NCBI RefSeq assembly: GCF_001194135.2
Contig: NC_068986.1
Coordinates: forward strand, 65,780,995 to 65,844,994
Direction of reading: 5' to 3'
From: Octopus bimaculoides
Lineage: Eukaryota
Length of the DNA: 64,000 nt
A program made the translations under genes and the position numbers. Positions 36,711 through 51,025 of the stretch are shown piece after piece (within the stretch, counting starts at the first letter, position 1; every line of letters begins with the position of its first letter). Under the pieces are notes generated by a model. The model was not told where the DNA came from, made no database searches, and saw only the letters and a program-made list of their open reading frames with translations.

Positions 36711-37719
36711 ATAATTTTCCTGCCTTGCATTAGTTGTTAATTTCTAAACAATTACTAGCTCTATCAGTGAACGGGAATCGCTTTATTGAACCTAGATGGT
36801 TCAAAAGGAAAGATCATCCTGATGGGATTTGAACACATGTATGTCGAAGGATTAAACGGGGTTTTTTCACTCTTTCTACCAACACATCACTATCACTAAC
36901 GTAAGGTTGGGAAATGATTTATTTTGTGGATTAAAAAATATATCTGTTCACTGTTAAATCTCGCAAATAGATCAAAGTGTTGATTAAACTGAATAAACAA
37001 GATTTAAATAACTTATTTCTAAAATTATTTCTACTAAACGTTTAGTGTAGTACCTAGATAAAGTAGACAAAATTATGACGTGTTTGATAGATATGATAGA
37101 CGTGCGTGCGTGTGTGTGGATGACTATTCTATAGCCAACGAGCCGTGATTGAAAGACAATCATATTTTCAATCTAATCTCTGCAAAGATAGAATTGTTTT
37201 TGGTTTTGGTTACTGCTTGATTCTCCATCAACACGAAAAGAGTTGATGCGCAAACATAATCCATAAACAGGTCTTACTAGAAGTTGGTCTGGCGCCAACA
37301 GAATAGATTTCTCAGACATTTTCTGATTCCCTACACTGGAACCCTAAACTACTGAAACCGATCCTTCACACCCTCTTCCTCACATGTTGTAGGATGTGAT
37401 TGGTGTTGCTGTATGTTTGTGCTTATCTGCACATGGAATAGAAACTTTGCATTCAAATCAGCAGCAGTCATTTCATTCTGTATTTCAGAAAAGCAATGAA
37501 TATTATTTACAGTAATATACTGTGGTTCATTCAATCGACTATATTCATATCTAAAAGTGTTGGACTTAATACCCAATTAATAGAAATCAATTCATTATGA
37601 AATATGATATAACACCAGTTCTGTTGAAGTAAAATATCGTGACAGTGGAACTGTTTATCTGCTAAAGGAAACAAATAAATCAAACTTGGTAAGACGTACT
37701 AATGAGGGCGGAACTACGT

Positions 37720-38520
37720 GGATGTTTGAAATCATATCCAAACTACCCTCAAAGCTCTTATTTATCTTAATGAATAGGAAGTTCACACTAGATAATGCAA
37801 CCCAAGTGCAGTCCTATTCTAAAAATATTATAGGATGGTCGGATATGGAAAATATCTTCGACTATCAGTTTGTTCAATTAGAACTGACCTGGAACTAAAT
37901 AACAACCTTCTAGGTCTCTGAAACAATTGTCTGTCGAGGACCCTGCATACCGAAGAAAGACTATTCTAAACTTGTTCATAACTCGAGAAACTTGGTGTCT
38001 AAATTTAAAGCATAGCACATTATATTTTGAAGCTGACTCTTTCTATATTGAAAATATGTATCAATGTATGTACATCAATAGTTGCAGACACAGATTTAAT
38101 TACAAACATTCCCACACACTTATGCATATATACATGCATTTTTATACACACGCGCGTACACTTTACTTTTTTGGAACCAGCGACAATTTCTAAATGGTTT
38201 ATCTTATGAGATAGATACTGTTACCAAAACTATTGACAATGCCAACCCATGCAAAGTTTGCCTGAAACAAAAAGGCACACCAGAATGTATCCAAGTCTTT
38301 AAAATAAGGTATGCATATACAACATTCCTATCCAAACAGTAATCCAATCGAAATACATTAGAGCTGTTATTGTTCTACAAGGCAGAGAACAAAATCATGC
38401 ACTACAGTGGGAGTATCCTTCGCAACAGATATAAACGTATCGTCTAAAGATGTAGAAAAAGTTAACAAGCACGATGGACTAAAGCAAAACATATACTCTT
38501 ACATCGGAAGTATGGATTCT
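37720..38520 (+). pseudogene. Possible highly decayed L1/Tx1 RT remnant
   Basis: Patchy matches: ..TISLFN-LEL.. (cf. RPITLLNTEL) and VSFATDINV (cf. SAYADDVTV). Confidence 0.3.
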
Positions 38521-38819
38521 TATTTTTATCTATCAAATATGCAGTTGGGTATGTAACAAAATAATTTCAAAAAAGCTTAGTAATGCTAGCAATGATGAAA
38601 TTAAACTGAAAAATATAATCGATTATTGGTATAGTTAAAATTCGTAACACATTCTATATATTTTCTACCACATTTTTCTGAACAAACAAATATGCATTAA
38701 GCCTGAGTATGTATGTAGTACAACTAGACACACAGACACAGACACACACGGACAAACAGATACACACACATACATACATACATCCACGCACACACACACG
38801 TACACCCACACACACACGT

Positions 38820-38862
<43 letters not shown>

Positions 38863-40056
38863 TATATATATATAACAGAGATTGTGTGTCTGTGTGTGGT
38901 GCATATGCTCTTTATGGATTCGAAAATGAGGTCGGGTCGCACAATTTTGTGGTCATTTTCGGGCAATATTTAGATTTGCTTCTAATCTACGTTGCAAATT
39001 TTAATGTTTTCTGTGTCAAAAAATTCAACAATGTACAAGGAGTTTTATGAGTACATTTGTGATGTACAAAACCCAATTTGTCAACGGAAAACTTGCTTTT
39101 TTAGAACAATTATTAGCACATATTCTGTCTTTGTGCCACAACTAAACTGCCAATGTGAACGTCTTCAGTATTCCATGTTTAAACAATGTCTTTGAAGTAT
39201 GTGGTACCATTTCTTTGCACAAAGCCCTATTTTTCAACAGAAAATTTACTAATGAACCGTGTTTCTGGCATAATTCTAATCACTTCTGGCATTGCAACCG
39301 AAAACAATTTGTCCATGTATATTTCCTTGGTAGCAAATGACACAGAAATGCCAAACGAACGTTCTCAGGTTTAAATTCAATAAAATTTCCCCAAGGATTA
39401 ATTAAGCCCGGTAAGAGCCTATAGTCCTTCAAGTGTGGTAAAGACGTGAAGCAATGACTAAAACCTTTCGAACTTTTTTGCCTTTAGCATTTTTTGTCTT
39501 TATTCAACCCAATTTATGCAAATTTGCTTATCGTTATTAGTATATATTCATGCCTAATATTCATTCCATAAGCCGCAAAGTTCGTAAAGATTTTGCCACA
39601 ATCTCCCTAATTTTCACAGTGGTTGAGCGTGTAATATAATGCTGGTGGTGCGATGGAAAACAAATATCTGACCTGATAACCTCAGTGAAGACAACAACAA
39701 CACCGTGCATCAATGCGAGGGCAAATTAAGGTCACATACACACATGAGTCCACCCATGATGCGTGTCCCTTCGTTGGTCGGGATGCACAGCGTGTTCACT
39801 TGTTGGTACAATTTCAAATCAATTTTACCTTATCAGAGACATGTACTGCAATACCAGTTGGTCGTAGTGTTATTGATATCAACGACCCGGGCAACGCTGG
39901 AGTGCATTGTATGTCGAGCGTACGTTCCGCTAGAACTCGAAAATTGAATNNNNNNNNNNNNNNNNNNNNNNNNNNNNNNNNNNNNNNNNNNNNNNNNNNN
40001 NNNNNNNNNNNNNNNNNNNNNNNNNNNNNNNNNNNNNNNNNNNNNNNNNNNNNNNN

Positions 40057-40112
<56 letters not shown>

Positions 40113-40329
40113 TAATAGATACATACATACATACGTGCAAATGTATGTACTCTTGGGAACTGTCTTGACTCAAACAAAGAACGTTGTTACTTTTTGTTTG
40201 GTTTGAATTCTCTGAAGACATTAAATAAGTAGTTAAATAAAACATATACTCGCATATATTTATTGCTAATGCATTCTGAGCCGTAACTTAAAAATGAAAT
40301 TTCAGTACCCCTACGAAATATTTCTCTGG

Positions 40330-42470
40330 CACTTGCAATTAAAGAATGTAACACGGAAAATACCTTCACAAAACTTCATAAAGATTTAAAACAGAAATTA
40401 GAAAAGTAGTTCGGAGATAAAACTAAAGACTTTAACCTCTGAACTCTATCAACTGAAACAAGAGGACCTAAAATTGAGGACTTAAAATACAAATTTGTGT
40501 ATCTTAAACGCCAGGTGCTGGATACATGTTGCTAGACTTCTCAGATGCGTCTAAACTTCAACATAAACAATGCAATATCTGTAACAGAGATTGAGTTATT
40601 TACGTTGAACCAATTGAACGCTACTGGAAGTATATATGGAAAAAAGATATAAGTTTAACAAGTAAGTTATACGCATGAAACAACTACAAGACTACTTCAA
40701 ACATGTTAGCAAAAACAGTACGAAATCAATAACAAAGTACAAGAAACAATCCTGAAGAAAATAACAAACAGATATTGGACCAAATAGTTAAAATTTTATC
40801 CCGGATATCAGATCAAGTCGCTTACATTTTATCACAGAGATTTGATAACGCATTATGATAAGAATATCGGTTCTACAGTAAAATTGTTATCCCCAAAATA
40901 GTCAAACTCCACCACCACTACCACCACCATCAAACTAAAAATTAGTACCGAATTATTTGTCAAAGCATCATTTATAAAATATTCAATGGGTGACTTAATC
41001 TTTTCGTGTAAAATCATTGTACGACCAACGATATTTTATAACGAAAAGAAACTAGTTGAGATGACGTAGGATAGGAGCTATAGAGCAGCTACTAATCAAA
41101 GCAGCAACTAATCAACGAAATGATACAAGAAACAGTAAAGGACCACAGAAATTTGGTTGTAATGTGACAGGAATATCAGAATAGCTTTGATAGTATATTA
41201 CAGTAGTGGGTTATCAAAGCATAGCATTAACCAAAATTCAATAGCGTTGCTATTCAACAACGAACTGCAGACATCGTACACTAATTTGCTTATTAGTGAT
41301 GGTAAACATAAATCAAATTTGACACTATCTATTAATAAAAAGGCATCCTGCATGGCAGTAGCTTGGCAGCACCATGCTTTGTTCTCTCAGTAGCACCGAT
41401 AACATATCAGCTCACGAAAATATAGTGTTTATTGAAATGAATACACTGAATCCAAAAGCACCTATCACCTTTTCTTTGTAGATGACCTGAAGCTGTATGG
41501 TCCAAGTATTAACCTCATTAAAAAGCAATTTTATCTCATTATCCAATATTCCACAGACATTTGAATGAAATTTAATGGGTTCAAATGTTATATGGAAAAA
41601 ACTTCTACTCTGTCCCCAAAATAAACTAAACATGAATGGCTTAATATTACAGCCTTTACATTCGAGTAAGAACTGAAATCCAAATCCATTAATAAGATGG
41701 TAAATAATGAACAGCTATATAGGACAAAGAAAATGTGAACTTTCGACTTACAATACCTGTTCCTACATCTACATTTCACTAAGTACAATTGGTTGTGAAA
41801 ACTCGCAAACAGTTTAGTATTACTGAAAATCTCGGCATTATTGGGGATGTAGGCATATATTTTCCACAAAAAGAGACGTCCATTGCCTTATAGGTGTATT
41901 AACTCCTTGCGGGACCTGGATTATATCACTAAAGCAACATCTTCAACAGGAAGAAAAGGAGCTTAAGTTAGCCAGCACGAAAATACAAACTTCATTAGAA
42001 AAGTAAAGGAGCTTGAATGGAGACACAGAATAAATTCTTAGTCACTCTCCGAAAAATATTTGAAAGTCTTACTTCACGCTAAATTGAAATGAAAAACAAA
42101 AATAGAGCATGTCACTGAGAGGTTTCTACGTGCATATTTGAAACAAGAAACATAGGCTAAGGAGGAAATAGACCATACAGGAAATAAACTTGGTATGGAG
42201 TTTCTGATAGCTTTAAAATATCTCACCTTAAATCATGCTTTCCAGGAGCAATAAATCTCAACCAATTCACCTTCTACAAAAAAGATACAATGCATAAACT
42301 AACATGTGTTAGCTTTGTAAAACCCAAACTGAAGATATTGCTACATCATTGTCTTTGAGAAATGTCCTCTAGATATTAGTTCCCATAAGCATTGTATGAT
42401 AGCCAGAGCAATCTGAAATAGAGTTTGAAAGAAACTAGACATCAAGTAAAGATTATTATAATGAGAGCGA
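40330..42470 (+). mobile_element. Second R4/Dong-like LINE, heavily decayed
   Basis: IVIPK, IEQLLI, YQ.SFDSI..W.IK, YHLFFVDDLKLYGPSIN..KKQF...DI*MKF..KC (41461-41590), and traces of the C-terminal CRLC/RH motifs near 42300-42420. Confidence 0.75.
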
Positions 42471-42932
42471 TGCATTAAAATATATTGCTGGTCCTCAGAA
42501 AAAAAAATCACTTTATTAAAATACAACTGACCTTGTATTCTTTAGGATCAAAATAAGAAAATAAGAAAAAAATTATTCTCTGTTAATGTGGTAAGGAAAT
42601 AATAGGTCAAATAGAATCTATATGGGACATCAAGGGAGTATCTGTAAATTCAGTACCCAAAACATACTTTCAGCTGTATATCCAACAATATTACAGCAGC
42701 AGGATATTTACCAAGTCACCTTGATCAAAGAGTGGCGGGACTTGAATTCTTGCATATCTCTACAGGTTATCACGGTTTCTGAGATAATCAATATCTGCAA
42801 GACCGTATAATTTAAAAAGTGAATAGTTACGCAGAAGATAACGGAAAGATTAATTATTATTCTCGGTGGATCAACTTGACTGATAATTTGTTTTATAGTA
42901 TGCACATACGTACGTCTCTGCGTGCTTATATA

Positions 42933-43407
42933 TTGAATATTCTAGATCAAGGCTATATTGTAAAGGGCCGGTAGGTTTCAGGATCCAATTGATTTCGCGT
43001 TGCTCTAATCTACGCTGCGTACTTGCATACATAGCTACACTGATGCAGTTGTCTAAATTCCAATGAAAGTGCATTAATTCTCAGCTAGACACTGGATCTT
43101 TTTCTATTGGTAAAGGATTCGAAACAATAAAATCAGAAAAACACCATACATGCATGCATACATGAACAATAACCGTCCCATGCAAACGACTATGATACAG
43201 GAACATGTACCATGTTTTCACTAATCGTTTTTAGATTCGTCTGTAGTCGCTGAACCCCAAACCCTGACTCTTCAGCTGGAGTGTATGATGGATAGCGTGA
43301 AAACCAGTTCCCGGCACGAGGGTGTTACTGGTCTTCAGCAGAATAGATTAGATCAACGTAAAATGAAGTGAATCCTGAAACCTACAGCCTTGGTCTAGAA
43401 TATTCAA
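42933..43407. repeat. Inverted-repeat-bounded element (~75-bp imperfect TIRs)
   Basis: TTGAATATTCTAGATCAAGGCT...GTAGGTTTCAGGAT...CTAATCTA is mirrored at ~43345-43407. No TSD seen. Confidence 0.7.
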
Positions 43408-43761
43408 CTCCTGACAATAAACGTCCCACATACGATGTATATTGGACATTTCTATACCCGGCAGAGCCCATCCTTCTGACAACAGCCGGTTTCTTTGAGA
43501 GAGGAAACAATCTTCAAAATAGAGTGAACTTCGGCTATATTGGAACCCAGAGAGCGGAGAGCAATTACCGAAGGCAATATATCCGATGCTCATACAGTTC
43601 AACCACATTAACATCTGGTTTTATTATACACATAGATATCAAACTACTGGAAATTCTGCTAACCGGTACGGCGTACTTCAAAACGCATTTATAGATCTGC
43701 TTTTAGATCATCCAAGAAGTTAAAAATAAATATTATTTCAGTGTGCTTCCCATTCTTGTAG

Positions 43762-43763
43762 TA

Positions 43764-43846
<83 letters not shown>

Positions 43847-43870
43847 TGTTGTTGTTGTTGTTGTTGTTGC
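43762..43870. repeat. (GTA)n(GTT)n compound microsatellite
   Basis: Direct reading. Confidence 0.97.
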
Positions 43871-44073
43871 TAATTTCCTTCAGCTTAGATTTTTCGACGC
43901 TAAANNNNNNNNNNNNNNNNNNNNNNNNNNNNNNNNNNNNNNNNNNNNNNNNNNNNNNNNNNNNNNNNNNNNNNNNNNNNNNNNNNNNNNNNNNNTATAT
44001 ATATATATATATATATATATATGAATATATATATGTATGTATGTGTGTGTCTGTCTGTGTGTGTATGTATATT

Positions 44074-44113
<40 letters not shown>

Positions 44114-44921
44114 CACACACATATAAATATATATTAATATATATATATACACATGTAAGTATATATGTATATATATACATGCATATATATACATATATGT
44201 ATACATATAGGCATATATAAAATATAAACACACATATATTCATATACACATAGGAATACACATATATACGTATGTCATACGCGTATGTGTATGAGAGAGG
44301 GAGGGGGGGTAAAATAACTGAGAGTGAGTGAGTGAGAGAGAGAGAGAGAGAATGAATGAATGAATATGTGTGTATCGATATGTTTGTGTAGGTATGCGCG
44401 TATGCAAATATCTGTATGTGTGGTATTTGTAAAAAGGATAACTCCACAGAGACCTCCACAGATAACGGTATTCATTGACCGCGAAACATCTAAGCAAATG
44501 ATAAAGGGCTTCATGCTAATAACGTAGGGCTAAAATCATCTTTGTGTACATCTATGTATATAACTATGTGTGTATTTTATGTATGTAAGTATATACATAC
44601 ACGCAAACATATATATAAATATATACATGTACACGCATAGATACATACATACATACATTCATACATACATGTATACATACATACATACATACATACTTAC
44701 ATACATACATACATATATATATTTTCAATCTGCTTCAAAAGCGCTGCTATCTGCTATGTAAATTATTCCACATCGGTACGTTTGCATAATTAGCTTTTGA
44801 AAATCTCGGAACAGTTGGACAGCTTTTTAAACTAATCATAAAAGGAGGAGTATATTTATCAATTTTAAATGTGTTCGGTGTTTTCGTTGAGTCTCTCACA
44901 TTCTCCTTCTTGTTACTAAAG

Positions 44922-44981
44922 AACAACAACAACAAAAACAACTACGACGACTATTATCAACATCATCAACATCATCACCAT

Positions 44982-45013
<32 letters not shown>

Positions 45014-45018
45014 GCTAC

Positions 45019-45079
<61 letters not shown>

Positions 45080-45103
45080 CTAGCAGCAGCAGCAGCAGCA
45101 GCA
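44922..45103. repeat. Compound trinucleotide run (ACA)(TCA)(GCA)(GTA)(GCA)
   Basis: Direct reading. Confidence 0.96.
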
Positions 45104-45599
45104 GTGCAGAGGTTTTGGCGAAGAAAAGAAGTGTCTGGCTCCAGTTCTTTCAATTTTGTCTTTACAATCTACTATATCCAGCAGACGACTGAAAACTGCC
45201 AACCGGTCTCGATCAAAAGAAAGAAGCCGAGGAGACTACACAATGGGATCGCTTGAATGCCGGATCCGTCCCACACATGACAACAGCTGTTCGATTAAAC
45301 TCCACACGTTAGTAATGCAATGAGAGAAATATATCTTAGTTTTGTTTCCATTTTGGATAAGTTCTGCTAATGGTACAACATTGACTGTAGAGTTATATCC
45401 CGTTCAGGCAATGACCCGTTGCTTCGGTAACACTGTCAAGCTAGAGATTTTTGGAGGCTGCACGTACTCCCCAGTTGCTCTTCGTCGATGCCTAGAATGT
45501 TGTCTGCTCCAGAATGAGTCAACTTGACTTTCATCTTTTCGGTCCCATGGTTAGAAACAATTACTATTATCATTAAGGGTTCACGTGCTAAAACAAGAG

Positions 45600-46620
45600 G
45601 GAATGAAAGTAGTTCGATGGGCTCGGATGGTGGAGGCCCGATGTGGCAACAAACACACAATTCGTGATAAACCAGGATAGGTCATTGCAAGTCCGTCCCA
45701 ATCAAATGTAGTTGGCTTTCCAGCAACACCTTACTCCATTATTTCAAGCGAAGGATAAGCTGGTGGTGGTAATGGGCCTCTGTGCCTACCTCAACGGCTT
45801 GTCGCAGCTCTCATTTTATTTGAACTGTCACCTTATACGATACCTCATGGGGAGAAAGGGAACTAAACCAAGGGGCCCTAAACAATTTGGATCAGACGAT
45901 TTCTTTCGATAGAATCGCATATTGACAGCATGCATAAAATCAGCTGCTTTCAGTTTCATTTTCAGAAGCTGAATTGCAGTAATCAACAGATAATGGCACG
46001 TGCTTGTTGGTCAGAGCATCACGCGCTCGATCTTTCAGGTGCGTTCTCTTTCGTTTCCTCAATTCGTACTGCATTCGAGGCATTGCTAGAACTGTTTAGT
46101 GGCATTCTTTTTGAGCTGACATATGCGGTCGATGTCAACGTAATGTTGTCGATTGGAGTAAAACAACCTAAACAAGTCAGTGAGCTTGTAGTTTAGCATC
46201 TTGGGAGGTAAATCCACGCCGTCAAACAGCGTCGTGATTTCCGGATAGACAGTTTTGTTAAATTGCTCGGTGTTTGGTTCAGTTCCGACGTCCAAGTGGA
46301 CTGCAACTAGGAAGAGTTTATGAACAGAATAATCATCTTCACTCAGAATTGGGCTATGGGCAAACTATTTTAAAAATTTGAGTCGAGGTGGCGAATACCT
46401 ACATCACTTCCGTCATGCCTTTCCCCAGTTCTAGTCAGACCAGATTAGAGTATCTACTTTTCTGCTTCGTTTGGAACGGACGAGTTCCACTGGTGGGGCG
46501 GTATATCTGTTGCCAATGCTCTCTGAAAGTTGGGCTCAAAATTCCATGGCCACTGATGTGCAGACACCCGCTAAGACTGCACCACTTACTACAGAGGTTC
46601 CTGAGCGATGAGTAGTATGA
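45600..46620 (+). pseudogene. L1/Tx1-clade LINE RT fragment, decayed
   Basis: CHLIRYLMGRKG.KP, RSIFQ..SLS..FV..FEALL, TYAVDVNV (YADD-like), LLGVWF...W..GKL, EVANTYI.SV, LEYLLFCFVWNGRVPLV.R.ICCQ..LK.GL..PWPLMCRH.LRL. Confidence 0.8.
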
Positions 46621-46999
46621 TCTTTGTTTATATGATGGGCTTTCCTGCAGTTCGTCTACCTAGACAGTGTTGCGGTCCTGAGTTAAGAAAAGACTAAGAT
46701 TAGGCACCTGGTACATGGAATGTTGTCTACCAATCGGGCAATATGATAGATAGAAGTTCCAATGCATAGGTAAGAAAGATGATATTCTCGAAAAGACATT
46801 TGGCATTGACGAGGATGAACTGAATGGTCTGACCTAGAGGTCTTTTTGATTGGGGTCCTGCCAGTGCTACCGAGTGACACTAACGGTTCTGAATAAATTG
46901 TAAAGGTACGGAAGTGCTGCAAAGTTAAACTCACGGAGATGCACGCAAAGCGGCGAAACTGCGCTTCGTTTGCCTTCATAATTTCACTCTTAATAACAA

Positions 47000-47100
47000 G
47001 TGTGCCATAAAGTGCACTGGCTTAAAACGCAGTGAAATCGAATACGGGACCTCATAATTTCGAAGCGAATATATTGCTCACTGAGCCATACTGCATCCAC
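47000..47100 (-). mobile_element. tRNA-derived SINE head remnant
   Basis: Minus strand TGGCTCAGTGAG (A box-like)...GTATTCGATTTC (B box-like). Confidence 0.5.
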
Positions 47101-47169
47101 ATCACTGCGTTGATTTCTACTATGAGTGTTCAGTTGCTTGATCATTGCTTATTGAGTTGGTGAGGAATT

Positions 47170-47664
47170 GGCTTAGTATTCTAGTGATACCTCTTTTTAC
47201 TTTGTCTGGAGAAAACGACAGTGTCAATGACTTTTCAGGTCGTTTCTACGCTGATAACCGGTACCTTTTGATAAATTGCAAGTCAAATCAACGGAATAAA
47301 TATGAACAGGAAAGAAATAACAGGAAGCCGAAGTTATGGGCAGGAAGGACTAGATGTATTGGTATGTGCAATATTTGGATGGATAGGACACAACTAGTGA
47401 AATGACAAGAGGAGAGACAAGCGAGTAGGAATTGCTTAAGTCGAGGTAGCAGGAGCCCAAGTATTTCCAAAGAGCAAAGGCCAGCATAGTAGCAGCAGAA
47501 AAGGAAAAGGGCCAAAGGCTACTGAGTGACTTTATGCCAATCAGTCTGGTGGGCCTTTTCTGAGAGCAGCCAAGGATATCTGCGTCAGTTACAGCAGCAC
47601 TGTTCCAGACAGCAGAACAATACTTCACTGCGAACCTCAGATGAGCTTTGTAGAACATCAACAC
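47170..47664 (-). pseudogene. CR1/Jockey-group LINE RT thumb fragment
   Basis: FYKAHLRFAVKYCSAVWNSAAVTDADILGCSQKRPTRLIG resembles LYKAQVRP.MEYCS.IW....LD..Q..A.RLIG. Confidence 0.65.
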
Positions 47665-48917
47665 TTCATCAATAATTGTGGAGAGATGAAATATCTTTCA
47701 GACTTAAATATAAAAATGTTAGTCGTTGGGATGTTGTCCTAGCTACTATGTTAAAAATATTTAAACCGCATGCAATGCAGCTGTGGTGTGATGTTGTTTG
47801 TTTAATACGAATAACTTCTCAGTTTTCAATTTTATTTCATTTTACAGTTTCCGGTGTTCGCATATTCTTGCACGTTATTCACGGAATTTCTTTGTAATAG
47901 ACTGGTCTCGATTCAGCTGACTATTTCCCTAAATGAGATATTCGGCATTTGTGTTTATACGAGAAAACATTAATTCGGTTCTGCTTTCGTCATGTCACAG
48001 TGTTTCAAATTTGCATTTTATGTTTCTGGGAGTCGAAAAATGTGTAGCAATCATATACTGCAGTCATTTAATCATATCATTTCACTATGAGTTTGTAGCT
48101 CCATGCCAAATTTGTGACCTTGTTTCATCCAACGTTAAAATTCATTACTAGTAACAGTAAAGTGCCTGATTAGGTGGTCGGCAATATTTAAGTGAGGCTC
48201 TCAGTTCAAACTGTGCTGGAATAAGCATAACATTCTCTCGTTCAATTGACAGTAAATAAATATTGACTGGGCTAAAATTGGGATCAAAATCAAAAGACTA
48301 ATTTATGGGTAAGTGCCAATACTTGCAATGCTTAATACTATATTTGTCGTTGCTGTTGTTGCATTTATATAGTTATTGTGCAATCACCACCACCATCATC
48401 ATCTTCATCATCATTATCATAGCCACAATGATATGAAATTATATAAATTTTGTATTACATCAACATTTAATAAATAAAATAAAGACAAGCTCTATTTTCA
48501 TTGATATTTTATATTTTTGATCATGTATAATATTTGCCAAAAGGGAAATTGGATTCCGGTTAGTGAGCGGCCTTTACAAAAATATAGTTATTTGTACACT
48601 TTCGGTGTGTATTGCATATATATAAAGTTATCAAAACACACACACATGCACGCAAATATATGTATGTGTGTGTATACGTAAATATATATACATACACAAA
48701 CACATATATATATATGCATATACATAAATGTGTGTATGTATATGTGTGCATATATATTTATATCGTTTTTACATGTGGACATGTCGCTTTTGTTCAGATA
48801 ATACATCTGTGCGTATATTCATGTATATATATATATACCCTATTTATTCTAAACTAAAACTTCATAATTATTGTATACATGTATTTCATTTGTACATGTG
48901 CATAAGTATATATATAG

Positions 48918-49007
<90 letters not shown>

Positions 49008-50177
49008 ATGTATATATATATGCTGTTATATACAAACAATATAGTTATGATGCTATATATTTCCCCCTCTTGCCAATAAGCCAAAAGCATTTTTGCTTTT
49101 CGGTTTTACTGTATTTGTGTCTATATGTGTCTGTGTATAAACATATTTTTTTAGCGTATAAATAATATCATTTTCTGTTGTGTCGTTATTTCAAAGAAAA
49201 TGGTAATAGTTGAAGGATAATAGACAAATTCCACCTCATCGGAAATTAAACTCAGGTGTTAAGAAGTGAAATTAGATACTCTTACGTTATCAAACCACTT
49301 GTGGATTGTCTATTAAGCTCATGATGCTCAGGACATAATTCCCTGGTGTCCTATATCATATATGACGCACATTTCCATTTTTTTTTCAAGCCGCTCGAGT
49401 AACTTGGGGCTTATATAAGGAAAGGTTATGTTTCCCAGAACGTACAAGAGCTATCTAAAAGTTTGAAACCAAGTATGGATGTTTAGGACAAACTTATGAA
49501 AATATTTTAAGGAGGCTCCTGCTAGAAAAATATTCTACAAATGATGGCAATAATTTATTTATCATTTATGCGAATATCAAAAAATATAATGCTATCTAAC
49601 ATAAGCATATGGCTGGAATATGTTCTGAGAGAATTAAAAACTTGACTGGCATATATTTCGTCTGGTATTTACTTTCACTGGAATAAAGAAGTGTTAAGTG
49701 GATTTATGTGACATTTGGACCCAGATGGCAGAGAATGAGGTAAATGTACACAAAAATATGGTTTCATATGCACAGATATTCTAAAGAAAGACCAACCTTA
49801 TTTCATTTCATCCTATTCTTGCGACCTTTAAATTGGAAATAAAAAAAGGTTATTTGAGAAGCTGCTTAAAAAGAGAGTGGATTGGGTCAGCAGCATTTTC
49901 TTTTCATATACACTCTAAATTTGTGTAGTCGACTTGGAAATAAGCAGATCTCTTAACCATAGAAAATATATGCAAGTCTCGTGCACCGGAAATTCTGGAT
50001 TCTGATCTCGCTGATGGCCAATACATCTATATCTATTATCTGAAATCGTTGACTAAGTATCCTGCTTCGAAGGTGCCCCCAGGCCATGTGAATTTACAAT
50101 GCCTATTCTGAGTAAGGCTATATTCGACAGAAGAAGGAAAGTGAGAAAGACCTACTTATATGAATTCTTGTAAATGT

Positions 50178-50440
50178 ACGTAACTTAGTGGTTAGGGGTC
50201 TTTGGCTCACGGCCGTAAGATCATGAGTTCGATTTGTGGTGGCGCGTTGTGAACTTCATCAAGACACTTTATATCACGTTGCTCTAGTCTACTCAGCTGG
50301 TAAAAATGAGTTGTACCAGTAATTCAGAGGGCCAGCGTTGTCACATTCTGTTTCATGCTGAATCTCCTCGAGAACCACGTTACGGGTACACATGTCTGTG
50401 GAGTGCTCAGCCACACACACTTCAATTTCACGAACAGAGG
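50178..50440 (+). mobile_element. tRNA-derived SINE family C
   Basis: CTTAGTGGTTAGGG (A box)...GAGTTCGATT (B box), then GTTGTG..CTT..CAAGACACTTTATATCACGTTGCTC..GTC.ACTCAGCTGG.AAAAATGAG; ends at (GGT)n. Confidence 0.75.
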
Positions 50441-50829
50441 TTGTTCCATTGTGGTAGTGGTGGTGGTGGTAGTGGTGGTGGTGGTGGTGGTGGTGGTGGT
50501 GGTGGTGGTGGTGAGGATGATGATAATGGTGATGATGATGATGTTGTGGTAGAACTGCTGCTGTTGTGAGGAGGATGTTTTGTCATTGTTTCAAGATGTT
50601 TCTTCAGTCCATTTGAATATCCCAGTTACCTTTGTTGGCCTGTTTTTCTCTTTTCCCTTTTCTTTCTAGCTTGTTACCTTTTGCCATTTTCTAACATTCT
50701 CATACGACATGTCTCAGTGGTTCCAAGCGGAAAGGGCCATGTCTTGGCATCATTGTCTTTTTGTTCTGTTGTAGTTGGTAAATCTCGTGGGCAGTGCATT
50801 TTGTTCTTTTTGTTACTGTTGCTTCCACT

Positions 50830-50889
50830 GTTGGTGTTCCTCTCGTTGTTGTCGTTGTTGTTGCTGTTGCTGTTGTCATTGTTGTTATT

Positions 50890-50934
<45 letters not shown>

Positions 50935-50935
50935 A

Positions 50936-51004
<69 letters not shown>

Positions 51005-51025
51005 TTACTGCTACTGTTACAGCTA
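50830..51025. repeat. Compound (GTT)(GCT)(GAT) trinucleotide run
   Basis: Direct reading. Confidence 0.96.

Noticed and set aside
38900-39370. Possible Merlin/IS1595-like transposase remnant (minus strand)
   Set aside because: Only vague similarity (GFVHHKC.H, TENI); too weak to call.
43368-43694. 108-aa ORF in non-microsatellite DNA
   Set aside because: It starts inside the inverted repeat of the 42933-43407 element. Its distal part weakly resembles a decayed mariner catalytic region. No recognisable host protein.
47820-47975. Strong-looking 3' splice acceptor (TTTTATTTCATTTACAG at 47846)
   Set aside because: All three frames stop within ~42 codons and the peptides are unrecognisable. A non-coding or terminal exon cannot be excluded.
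50178-50250. tRNA gene
   Set aside because: The A/B boxes belong to a SINE head; there is no complete cloverleaf, and the SINE body follows.
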